A stretch of DNA of 32,000 nt, from contig OW818675.1 of the NCBI GenBank assembly GCA_942493095.1, positions 1,020,001 to 1,052,000 of the forward strand, read 5' to 3'. Positions 1 through 8,387 of the stretch are shown piece after piece. The first letter of the stretch is position 1, and each line of letters begins with the position of its first letter. The translations under genes and the position numbers were made by a program. The notes under the pieces are model-generated. The model did no database searches, was not told the DNA's origin, and worked only from the letters and a program-made list of their open reading frames with translations. Source of the stretch: Candidatus Electronema halotolerans. GTDB lineage: Bacteria; Desulfobacterota; Desulfobulbia; Desulfobulbales; Desulfobulbaceae.

Positions 1-49
1 GTAATCTTCCGCACTCATATCATGCAGTTCCTTCCCAAGGAGAAAAGCT

Positions 50-1129
50 ATGGCAACGATTCAATGGCGGCCTGAAGTCAACGCGCTCACCACGCCGCAG
101 TCCTACTGGATTCGCTTCATGCCGCGCAACACAGCGGGCCGGAAAGACATTGCCGCCGACATCGCCCGGATGCACCCGAATTTCAATGAGGCTGACATCC
201 TGACCATTTTGAATGCCCACGACGAGGCGGTCCAGACGCGCCTGCTCAACGGCGAGCAGGTGACAATGGAGGGCAGCTTCAGCTATTTCCTCTCCTTCAC
301 CGGCAGATTGGACAACCCGGACGACCCGTTGCCGCCCTTGGATGACTGCCTGCATGTCAACGTGCGCGTCTCGCAGGCTTTTCTGGATGCCCTGCGCCGG
401 GACGGGCAGGCCGAACGGCTGCCGGAAGAGAAAAAGCTGCCCCTGATCAGCTCGGCTCAAGACAGCCTGCTCAAGCTCAAGGACGTGCTCAACCCGGACG
501 GCGTGCTCCTGCTCACCGGCGATGACCTCTACTTTGACCAGACTGCGCCGGACGCGGGCCAGTGCGTCCTTGCAGGCACGCAGAGCGGCAGCAGCAGCCA
601 GAGCCGCCTGCTCAGAGTCGAGCCGGGCGAAATCATGCTCATGCCGGAGATTCCGACGCAAGCGCAGCCGTGGAACAATGAATACACGGTCTCGGTCAGC
701 ACCCGCTACACTGAGCACGGCACGCTGCGCACTGGCACTTACGGGCGGATGCTGCGCACCCCGCTGACCTTGACCAATATGGGCCATCCCAACCCGCCCG
801 AAGTCGGCATCCTCAGCAGCAAGGAGAGCAGCCCCTTAGTCAGCGTCACCGGCGGCAGCGTCAGTGCGGATGCAACTTTGCGCATTCAGGCGGTCATTGA
901 TACGCGGCAGGACCTGCTCCTCCTCAGCCTGCTCGACATGAGCGAGGGCGGACAGAGCGGCGCGGCTGTGACTGTCACTGCAAACGGCGACTTCACCTTG
1001 CCCGGCTTCAGCGGCTCGGCAGTCAGCAGCCTTGATATTCGGGTCAATGACTATGCGGCCCTGAAATCCCTGATCCGCAACAATTACAGCAGTCGGCTGG
1101 TCGATGTGCTCAAGGTGGAGACGGCGTAA
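50..1129 (+). CDS. Hypothetical protein with HU-like DNA-binding N-terminus and Ig-like C-terminal region (DUF4469-like)
   Basis: 359 aa ORF. N-terminus has HU/IHF-like pattern (IAADIARMHPNFNEADILTILNAHDEAVQTRLLNGEQVTMEGSFSYFLSFTGRL); C-terminus has beta-rich 'PPEVGILSSKESSPLVSVTGG' region. Confidence 0.6.
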   Translation: MATIQWRPEVNALTTPQSYWIRFMPRNTAGRKDIAADIARMHPNFNEADILTILNAHDEAVQTRLLNGEQVTMEGSFSYFLSFTGRLDNPDDPLPPLDDCLHVNVRVSQAFLDALRRDGQAERLPEEKKLPLISSAQDSLLKLKDVLNPDGVLLLTGDDLYFDQTAPDAGQCVLAGTQSGSSSQSRLLRVEPGEIMLMPEIPTQAQPWNNEYTVSVSTRYTEHGTLRTGTYGRMLRTPLTLTNMGHPNPPEVGILSSKESSPLVSVTGGSVSADATLRIQAVIDTRQDLLLLSLLDMSEGGQSGAAVTVTANGDFTLPGFSGSAVSSLDIRVNDYAALKSLIRNNYSSRLVDVLKVETA

Positions 1130-1135
1130 GGTGGT

Positions 1136-1163
1136 GCAGGGGCAAAAGATTTTTTGCCCCTGC
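1136..1163. repeat. Perfect 12 bp stem hairpin, copy 1 of a repeated hairpin
   Basis: GCAGGGGCAAAA-GATT-TTTTGCCCCTGC read directly. Confidence 0.75.
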
Positions 1164-1232
1164 GAGGTGTTATGAACGACGGCGTAAGGTGGTGTGGTAG
1201 ATATCCAATATCCAGCCTGATCTCATAATACA

Positions 1233-1256
1233 AGGGGCGAAAGATTTTTCGCCCCT
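1233..1256. repeat. Perfect 10 bp stem hairpin, copy 2 of the same element type
   Basis: AGGGGCGAAA-GATT-TTTCGCCCCT, same GATT loop as copy 1. Confidence 0.75.
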
Positions 1257-1404
1257 ACTCAAGGTGGAGACGGCGTAGAGCTGAAGCAGCGCTTTTGCAC
1301 AGAGAGTTCCTTAGCCACGGCATTTTCGTCTTGTCTATATGGCCTCGAACATGTTACGTTATGGTTATTTTTCTGTTCAAACTTGATGCAAAAAGGAGGA
1401 AGTC

Positions 1405-1812
1405 ATGTTCGAGGCCTCGACAGAGGCGGTGCAGGTGCTGGCCGCTTATCTTGAGGAACGTGGGATTGAGGTGCCTGTCCGCATCATTCCCATGTCTGGA
1501 AACTGCGCCGGGCCGCATCTGCGGCTGCGGACAGGACAGGTGAAGGAAAACGACCGGGTCTTCCGGCAGGGCGGCATCACCTTTGTCGTGGATCAGGAGC
1601 TGCTGGCTGAATGCGGCTTGATCCGCATGGACTATATGGAGCTGGGCAGTTCCTGCTGCTGCAGCGGCGGCTGTGCTGGCTTCCGCATCAGGGGCGAGAG
1701 AAAATATCCTTTTGTCGGCAGGTGCGCCACTGATGCCAGCCAGTGCGATCATCGCTGCGGCCTTGCCGAGCCGGAGCAGGAGGGCTTGTCGATCTTTGAG
1801 CCGTCGCAGTAA
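1405..1812 (+). CDS. HesB/IscA-like family protein
   Basis: 'PVRIIPMSGNCAGPHLRLRTGQVKENDRVFRQGGITFVVDQELL...GSSCCCSGGCAGFRI' resembles HesB-like proteins of anaerobes. Confidence 0.6.
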   Translation: MFEASTEAVQVLAAYLEERGIEVPVRIIPMSGNCAGPHLRLRTGQVKENDRVFRQGGITFVVDQELLAECGLIRMDYMELGSSCCCSGGCAGFRIRGERKYPFVGRCATDASQCDHRCGLAEPEQEGLSIFEPSQ

Positions 1813-1940
1813 AAAAAATTGTACACTTTTTTATTTTTTGCACTATAGTATGACCTCAGCAACGTGAAGCACGTTGGCCGCTCCGCAGGCTGAAGTCTGC
1901 GAGACCTCATTTTTCCACACTCAATCGGAAGGTTTTCGCC

Positions 1941-2735
1941 ATGATTTGTTCAACACGCACCCTTATTTTTCTTTTCTGCACCATGCTTGTTTCTTCTCCT
2001 GCAGCCGCCTTTCAAAACGGAGGCTGCGGCGCAGGCGACTGCCGCGACTGCCATGCCATCAGCAAGGAAGAGGTTGCTGAACTGCTCAAGGACAAAGTGG
2101 GCGAGGTGCTTGCTGTCAAGCGCAGTGAAGTGCCTGGCCTCTGGGATGTGGAGGCTGTGCAGAATGGCCGGAAAATTCCGCTGTACATTGATTTTTCCAA
2201 GAGCTATCTGATCAGCGGCAGCGTGATCAAGCTGACTGACAACGAGGATCTGAGCAGGCGCAGGTTTGTGGAGATGAACCGGATCGATCTGAACAAAATC
2301 CCGCTTGACGACGCAGTGATCATTGGTGATCCCAAGGCGGCCCGCCGGATTATTGTTTTTGATGACCCGGAATGCACCTTCTGCCGCAAGCTGCACCCGG
2401 AAATGGAAAAAACCGTGCAGCAGCATCCTGAGATCGCCTTTTTCATCAAGATGTTTCCTTTGGCCATGCACCCTCATGCCAAAACCAAGGCTGAGACCAT
2501 TCTTTGCGCCAGCACCAAGGGCGACAACAAACGGGCTGCGGCCATGCTGTCAGACACGCTGCATGGCAGGGAAATTCCTGCCCCGGACTGCAAAAGCGAT
2601 CAGGTCGAGAAAAATATTGCCTTGGCCAAAGAGCTGAACATTTCCTCGACTCCGACCTTGATCATGCCTGACGGACGGGTGCTGCCCGGCTATAAAAAGG
2701 CGGACAAGATAGTCGAAGCCTTGGACGAAAAATAA
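1941..2735 (+). CDS. Periplasmic DsbC-like thiol:disulfide interchange protein with N-terminal CxxCH motif
   Basis: Signal peptide; thioredoxin-fold segment 'RIIVFDDPECTFCRKLHPEMEKTVQQHPEIAFFIKMFPLAMHPHAKTKAETILCA...STPTLIMPDGRVLPGY'. Confidence 0.82.
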   Translation: MICSTRTLIFLFCTMLVSSPAAAFQNGGCGAGDCRDCHAISKEEVAELLKDKVGEVLAVKRSEVPGLWDVEAVQNGRKIPLYIDFSKSYLISGSVIKLTDNEDLSRRRFVEMNRIDLNKIPLDDAVIIGDPKAARRIIVFDDPECTFCRKLHPEMEKTVQQHPEIAFFIKMFPLAMHPHAKTKAETILCASTKGDNKRAAAMLSDTLHGREIPAPDCKSDQVEKNIALAKELNISSTPTLIMPDGRVLPGYKKADKIVEALDEK

Positions 2736-2743
2736 GGCGGAGA

Positions 2744-2770
2744 GGGCGGGCAGAGTGTCCGCCCTTGTCC
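2744..2770 (+). terminator. Weak terminator-like hairpin between the dsbC-like gene and mqnD
   Basis: GGGCGG-gcagagtgt-CCGCCC followed by TTGTCCTTTT (imperfect T tract). Confidence 0.35.
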
Positions 2771-2777
2771 TTTTGTC

Positions 2778-3599
2778 ATGTCTGCACCGCTCACCCTCGG
2801 TTATTCTCCCTGCCCGAACGACACCTTTATTTTCTCCGGCCTTGCGCTGGGAAAAATCCCGCTTCATTCCATCGGTTTTGCCGCGCCCCTGCTTGAGGAC
2901 GTGGAAACCCTGAACAGCTGGGCCATGCAGGCCCGGCTGGATGTGACCAAGCTCTCCTTTCATGCCTTGGGTCATGCCGCTGCTTCCTACACCATGCTGG
3001 AAAGCGGCGCAGCCTTGGGCCGGGGCTGCGGCCCGCTTTTGGTCACAGCCCGCGCCACGGGTGATCCGGCAGCATGGACCATTGCCGTGCCTGGCCAATA
3101 CACCACTGCCGCGCTCCTGCTCCGCCTTTTTCTGCCCGCTCATCGCCAAATCTTGATCAAACGTTTTGATCAGATCATGGATGCGGTCTGTTCAGGTCAG
3201 GCAGATGCGGGTGTGATCATTCATGAAAGCCGCTTCACCTATCAGAAGCGCGGCCTGCGCTGTGTGCAGGACTTGGGCGCATGGTGGGAGCAGGAAACTG
3301 GTCTGCCCATTCCGCTCGGCTGCATTGCCGCCCGGAAACATCTTGCTGTGGAAACAGTGCGCGAGATTGAAACAGCCATTGCCGCCAGCATGAGCTGGGC
3401 GACGGAGCATCAGGAGGAATGCCGCCGCTATATCCGCCAATATGCGCAAGAAATGGATGAGGCCGTGCTGGCCGGTCATATTGGTTTGTACGTCAATGAT
3501 TTTTCCCTGCAGCTGGGGCAAGAGGGCAGGGCGGCGGTGCGGGAATTGCTGCGCCGGGGCAGGGAGGCTGGAGTTTTTCATGCTGATGCCGCCATCTGA
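2778..3599 (+). CDS. mqnD: 1,4-dihydroxy-6-naphthoate synthase (futalosine menaquinone pathway)
   Basis: 'LTLGYSPCPNDTFIFSGLALGKI...DVTKLSFHALGHAAASYTMLESGAALGRGCGPLLV' is characteristic of MqnD. Confidence 0.9.
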   Translation: MSAPLTLGYSPCPNDTFIFSGLALGKIPLHSIGFAAPLLEDVETLNSWAMQARLDVTKLSFHALGHAAASYTMLESGAALGRGCGPLLVTARATGDPAAWTIAVPGQYTTAALLLRLFLPAHRQILIKRFDQIMDAVCSGQADAGVIIHESRFTYQKRGLRCVQDLGAWWEQETGLPIPLGCIAARKHLAVETVREIETAIAASMSWATEHQEECRRYIRQYAQEMDEAVLAGHIGLYVNDFSLQLGQEGRAAVRELLRRGREAGVFHADAAI

Positions 3600-4650
3600 A
3601 CGGCTGGGGCAATTTCCCCTGCTCGGCATCTGCGGGCGGAGCGGGGCAGGCAAAACCACCCTGATTGAGACTCTGATTCCCCGGCTGCGCAGCTTAGGTC
3701 TGCAAGTGGCTGTGGTCAAAGATGGCGCACGCCGGGTGCAGGCTGATGCGCCGGGCAAGGACAGCGACCGCTTTTTTTGTGCCGGTGCGGATGTGGCCCT
3801 GTTCGGCGAGCAGCACTTTGTCCGCAGCCGTCAGCCAGGCGAACTGACCGCTTTTCTCGCCGCCTTGTGCGGCACGTATGATGTGGTGCTGGTTGAAGGC
3901 CATGCCGCCACCGCTGTGCCGAAAATTTGGCTGACCGGGCCGGACAATGCTGGGCCGCCGCCGGACAATCAGGGCCAGGTTCTGGCAGTCTTGAATCGGG
4001 AAGAGGCGACTGCGGAGCGGCTGTTCATGTTCTTGCAGAACCTGATTGCCGACAAATGGCGGCAGACTCCAGTCTGGGGCTGTGTCCTGATCGGCGGCAG
4101 GAGCAGTCGGATGGGACAACCCAAGCATCTGCTCAAGCAGGGCAGGGCGACATGGTTGGAGCGGGCGGTTGCAAAACTTAGGCCCAAGGTGGAGCAGGTG
4201 GTGATTTCCGGCTCTGGTCACATTCCTGACGCATTAGCTGACTTGCCGCGTGTGCCGGATGCGCCCGGCTTGGCCGGGCCGTTGGCTGGAATTTTAGCAG
4301 TGATGCGCTGGCAGCCTGCGGCATCTTGGCTGGTGACGGCCTGCGACCTGCCGGATGTGCAGCCGGAAAGTCTTGCTTGGCTGCTGCAAGAGCGCAGACC
4401 CGGAAGACGGGCTGTCCTGCCCCGGCTTGCAGACGACCGGCCTCTTGAGCCGCTGTTAGCTTGGTATGACTTCCGCTGCCGCCCGCTGCTGGAGAATCTG
4501 GCGGCTTCCGGCTCCCTGCGTTTGAACAGGCTGGCCGAGCAGGCCGGTGTCTGCGCCCTGCGCCCGCCCGCAGAACTGCACGGCTCATGGCGCAATGTCA
4601 ACACGCCAGACGAACTCCTCCGGCAGGATCAGGACATCATCTCATCCTGA
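3580..4650 (+). CDS. MobB-MobA fusion: GTP-binding MobB domain plus molybdenum cofactor guanylyltransferase
   Basis: MobB-type P-loop 'GICGRSGAGKTTLIETLIPRL' then MobA 'GCVLIGGRSSRMGQPKHLL...VTACDLPDVQPESLAWLL...WRNVNTPDEL'. The ORF is open from 3442, but homology begins near the ATGs at 3580/3586, overlapping the mqnD 3' end. Confidence 0.87.
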   Translation: MLMPPSERLGQFPLLGICGRSGAGKTTLIETLIPRLRSLGLQVAVVKDGARRVQADAPGKDSDRFFCAGADVALFGEQHFVRSRQPGELTAFLAALCGTYDVVLVEGHAATAVPKIWLTGPDNAGPPPDNQGQVLAVLNREEATAERLFMFLQNLIADKWRQTPVWGCVLIGGRSSRMGQPKHLLKQGRATWLERAVAKLRPKVEQVVISGSGHIPDALADLPRVPDAPGLAGPLAGILAVMRWQPAASWLVTACDLPDVQPESLAWLLQERRPGRRAVLPRLADDRPLEPLLAWYDFRCRPLLENLAASGSLRLNRLAEQAGVCALRPPAELHGSWRNVNTPDELLRQDQDIISS

Positions 4651-5720
4651 TTTTTCTGCGCAATCGCCTCAAATTCATCTTCCGCCCGGATCAGCGCGTC
4701 ATAGACTTCCGGGTCAAAATGCCTGCCCCGGCCCTCTTCTTTGGCAATGATCGTCATGGTTTCAACATGGCTGAACGGCTTTTTATAGACTCTGCGGGTG
4801 CGCAGGGCATCATAAACATCTGCCACAGTCATGATCCGGCCTGCCAAAGGAATATCTTCGCCGACCAGCCCTCTGGGATAGCCGCTGCCGTCATATTTTT
4901 CATGGTGGCCGCCGACCAGATCTTTGGCGCACTCCAAGAACGCCATTGGCTCGCCCGCCATCTTGGCCAATTTGTCAATGACCTCCTCGCCATACGTGGT
5001 GTGCTTTTTCATAATTTCAAATTCCTGCTCATTGAGCCTGCTTTTCTTGAGCAGAATAGCGTCCGGGATGCCCACCTTGCCGATGTCGTGCAAAGGAGCG
5101 GTCTTGTAGAGCAGGGTGATGTATTCCGGCGTGAGAATGTCTAAAAATTTACCTGAATTGAACAGCTCCTCAGCCAAGGCTTTGACAAAAGACCTGGTTC
5201 GCTGAATATGCCCGCCTGTTTCGTTGTCCCGATGTTCAGCCAGCTCGCCCATAGCCACGATCGTGATGTCCTTGAGCAGCACGGTTTCTCTGGTCCGGGC
5301 CAAAACCGTCTGCTCCAAATCCATCCGGTAGCGGTGCAGCTCCAGATGATTACGGACTCGTGAGCGCAGTTCCACGCCATGAAAGGGTTTGGTGATGTAA
5401 TCAACCCCGCCCAGCTCAAAGCCTTTGGCCACATCTTCCGGCTCAGAGCGGGCGGTGAGAAAGATCACCGGCATGGAGCGGGCCTCTGGAATTTTCCGAA
5501 TCTCCTGCATGGTTTCAAAGCCGTCCATGCCCGGCATCATCACATCCAAGAGCACCAGATCAGGAACCCGGCGGCGAATTCTGGCCAAGGCCTGCTCACC
5601 AGAAGTCGCATAAGCAAAATCCATGTCCAAACTTTTCAGATGAGCCAAGGCAATCTGGATGTTTTCCGGCACGTCATCGACAATGAGGATCAGCGGTCGG
5701 CTCAGTCGGCTTCTCATCAA
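4629..5720 (-). CDS. Response regulator with C-terminal HD-GYP domain (predicted cyclic-di-GMP phosphodiesterase)
   Basis: REC 'ILIVDDVPENIQIALAHL...LVLLDVMMPGMDGFE...YITKPF' and HD-GYP motifs 'HRDNETGGHIQRT', 'LHDIGKVGIPDAIL', 'GGHHEKYDGSGYP'. Confidence 0.93.
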   Translation of the reverse strand: MMRSRLSRPLILIVDDVPENIQIALAHLKSLDMDFAYATSGEQALARIRRRVPDLVLLDVMMPGMDGFETMQEIRKIPEARSMPVIFLTARSEPEDVAKGFELGGVDYITKPFHGVELRSRVRNHLELHRYRMDLEQTVLARTRETVLLKDITIVAMGELAEHRDNETGGHIQRTRSFVKALAEELFNSGKFLDILTPEYITLLYKTAPLHDIGKVGIPDAILLKKSRLNEQEFEIMKKHTTYGEEVIDKLAKMAGEPMAFLECAKDLVGGHHEKYDGSGYPRGLVGEDIPLAGRIMTVADVYDALRTRRVYKKPFSHVETMTIIAKEEGRGRHFDPEVYDALIRAEDEFEAIAQKNQDEMMS

Positions 5721-7543
5721 TTCTCCTTTTCCACTTTGCTGAGAACAGTCAGCACCTGTTCAACCCCTCTGATATCCATATCCAAGGCAAATCGTTTCAT
5801 TTCCCGGCCTATTACCGTCAGAGCCTCAGCGTCGGCCGCGCTGCCCTGCTGCTCCATGGCCCGGCCCAAGGCCAGCGCGTCTTCCAAATTGCCGCTTTGC
5901 TGCGCTTGGAGATAGGCTGTCTGGAGGGCATCAGTCCATGCCTGACGCAACTCTGCCGCATCAGGTGTCTGGGATATGCTCAGGGAGCGGGAATTCGCCG
6001 CTCTGTTTTTGTCAGTCAGCGGAATGTGCCGGTTGACCACGCGCTGCAGCTCCTGTAGGTGAAAGGGCTTGGCCAAATAATCATCAAAGAGCGGGGACAG
6101 CTCTTCTTTCTCCAAGGACAGCCCGGTCATGACCACAATGGGAATTTTGGCTGTCTGCGGATCATCCTTGAGCTGCCGGGCAATGTCTCGGCCATCAGTG
6201 CCGGCAAGCTCAAGGTCCATCAGGATCAGGTCCGGCTGTTCCGTCCGGCACAAGGCCAGACAGCCTGCGCAACTTGCTGTCTCCAGCACCTTGACTGCTG
6301 AATTGCTGAAATAAATCTTTATAAGATGCGACATTTCCGGCATGTCATCAACAACCAGCATCACCGGGGGACGTTTTTTCTCCGACTGAGCAGCAGGCTG
6401 CTGCGCGGCTTGGCCAGTCGGGCAGGGCTTGTCAGCAGTCTGGGCGGGCATCTGAAAAATAAAGGTGCAGCCTTGTCCAAGAGCACTTTCCAGTTCAAGG
6501 CTGCCGCCCATCATCCGGGCCAGCCGGGCGCAGAGCGTCAGGCCCAGCCGGGTGCCGTCGTGAATGCTGATCTGCTCCTCCTCGCTGAAGAGCTTGAGCA
6601 GGTCGGCCTGCTCCTCAGCAGAAATGCCGCAGCCGGTGTCTTCAACCCGGAAGAGCAGGTCATACATGCCAGGCTCCCCTTCACAGCCTGTGACAGTCAG
6701 TGAGACAGAACCTTTGTCCGTGAATTTAATGCTGTTGCTGATCAGATTGGTCAGCACTTGGCGGCAGTGGTCAGCATCCATGACATACATTTCCGGCAGA
6801 TGCGAAGCCACATCAAAGGAAAAATGCAGTTTCTTGGCCCGCGCCTGGTCCGCGAAGAGATCAAAGGCCTGTCCGATTACAGCCCGCAGGTTTGCTGCTG
6901 ATTTCAAGACCTTGACATTGCCGGTCTCCAGTTTGGACAGCTCCATGACATCGTTGATGATGGAGACTAAGGAGGCTCCGTTTTTGCGGATGGAATTGAC
7001 AAAACGCCGATGCTGATCGCTGAGGCTGGATTCCGCCAAAATTTCCGCATAGCCGATGATTGCGTTCATGGGCGTGCGAATCGCATGATTGATATTGGCG
7101 ATGAATTTGCGTTTGAGGCGGTTGGCGGCCATGAGCTGCTGCTCGGTCCGGCGGAGCGAGGCCTCCTGACCGCTGGTCAGGGTGCGCAGGCGGCGGCCAG
7201 TGCAGAAGATCAAGTCTCTGTCCTGCTCCTCAACCCGGGCCAAGGTCATTTCCAGCAGTAGGGCGGTGCCGTTTTTATCGGTCAGATGGGCATAGAAGAC
7301 ACGGGGGCAGTTCCGGCGCAGCTCGGCGAGCTGATCGCCAATCCCGGGCAGGTGCGCCTCCAAGGCCTCGGCTGGCTGGCCGATCAGTTCGGCGCGGCTC
7401 AGGCCGACCGCATCAATAAAAACCCGGTTGACCGCCTTGATGACGCTGCTGCTGTCCAACAGGAGCGCATGCTGCCCCATCGTGTCAAAGAGCTTGAGCG
7501 CAGTCTGCCAGCAGTCGAATTCTATGGGAGAATCTTTTTTCAT
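5717..7543 (-). CDS. Hybrid sensor histidine kinase (PAS-like, HisKA, HATPase_c, REC, C-terminal helical region)
   Basis: 'FIANINHAIRTPMNAIIGYAEIL', 'LTNLISNSIKFTDKG', 'VEDTGCGIS', REC 'VMLVVDDMPEMSHLIKIYF...LILMDLELAGTDG...YLAKPF'. Confidence 0.9.
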   Translation of the reverse strand: MKKDSPIEFDCWQTALKLFDTMGQHALLLDSSSVIKAVNRVFIDAVGLSRAELIGQPAEALEAHLPGIGDQLAELRRNCPRVFYAHLTDKNGTALLLEMTLARVEEQDRDLIFCTGRRLRTLTSGQEASLRRTEQQLMAANRLKRKFIANINHAIRTPMNAIIGYAEILAESSLSDQHRRFVNSIRKNGASLVSIINDVMELSKLETGNVKVLKSAANLRAVIGQAFDLFADQARAKKLHFSFDVASHLPEMYVMDADHCRQVLTNLISNSIKFTDKGSVSLTVTGCEGEPGMYDLLFRVEDTGCGISAEEQADLLKLFSEEEQISIHDGTRLGLTLCARLARMMGGSLELESALGQGCTFIFQMPAQTADKPCPTGQAAQQPAAQSEKKRPPVMLVVDDMPEMSHLIKIYFSNSAVKVLETASCAGCLALCRTEQPDLILMDLELAGTDGRDIARQLKDDPQTAKIPIVVMTGLSLEKEELSPLFDDYLAKPFHLQELQRVVNRHIPLTDKNRAANSRSLSISQTPDAAELRQAWTDALQTAYLQAQQSGNLEDALALGRAMEQQGSAADAEALTVIGREMKRFALDMDIRGVEQVLTVLSKVEKEN

Positions 7544-8052
7544 TGCCTGAAACAGGAGGCGATTTCGGCAGCAATATCCGCTGTTGTCCGTCCAGCCACG
7601 GCAATCTCCATGTCAGCCGCCTGTCGGTACTGCGGCAGCCGCTCGGCAAACAGGGCCTCAGCCCGCGCCAAATCTTGAAGCAGAGGCCGCTTTTTGAACC
7701 GTTTCTCAGCATTGGGATAGCTGCGCATGACGGTCAGAATGTCCTCCAAAGAGGAATGCAGATAGACCACCTGCCCCAGCCGCCGGATATTGCTGACCTT
7801 GAAGAAGCCGCCGCCGGTTGAGATAATGGTGCCGCTCACACAGGTCTCCAGCCAGTCGGCGGTCCGCTGCTCCAACTGGCGGAAACGCGCTTCTCCTTGG
7901 GAGGAAAAAATCTGCCGGATTTTCATTTTGACCATGCTTTCGATCAGGTCGTCCGTATCCACGGTGAAGCGCTCTGTGAGCGCGGCCAAGGCGCGGGCGG
8001 TGCGGCCTTTGCCCACGCCCATGAAACCAATCAGAATAATATTGTCAGCCAT
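7540..8052 (-). CDS. Shikimate kinase family protein
   Basis: 'MADNIILIGFMGVGKGRTARALA', 'VDTDDLIESMVKMKIRQIFSSQGEARFRQLE', 'ISTGGGFFKVSNIRRLG'. The ORF is open to 8307, but homology begins at the ATG at 8052. Confidence 0.82.
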   Translation of the reverse strand: MADNIILIGFMGVGKGRTARALAALTERFTVDTDDLIESMVKMKIRQIFSSQGEARFRQLEQRTADWLETCVSGTIISTGGGFFKVSNIRRLGQVVYLHSSLEDILTVMRSYPNAEKRFKKRPLLQDLARAEALFAERLPQYRQAADMEIAVAGRTTADIAAEIASCFRQ

Positions 8053-8387
8053 AACATTCCCGCCCGGCTCTCTGACCGGGTCAGCAGGATTCACGTCAAT
8101 TATTGGAATTGTCCGAATTGTAAAACCTAAAAGGCGAGCTGTAAAATGAATTTTCAGCAGAAAGCGGCAGGGCAGGGCGGCTGGCCAGCCCGGCAGGAGC
8201 GGCGCGGCAAAGATAATTGTTGACTTGCCGGATGAGACAAGGTTGAATATGCTTGATTGCTGTTTTGAAAAACTATCTGTTTTAAAGGCAGTTGGCTTGG
8301 AGAACAACGAGTTTGCCAGAAGAACAGAATCGCAATATGCGGCGTGTGCGAATAACCTGCAACACTATATTTTTTTGAAACCCCTCT

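Noticed and set aside
20-787. 255-aa plus-strand ORF at the window start
   Set aside because: Overlaps the 359-aa HU-like/DUF4469-like ORF in another frame and has no protein family signature.
1136-1256. Hairpins as ordinary rho-independent terminators
   Set aside because: Stems are strong but there is no T-tract after either stem; duplicated hairpin and loop sequence fits a repeat element better, though some termination activity is not excluded.
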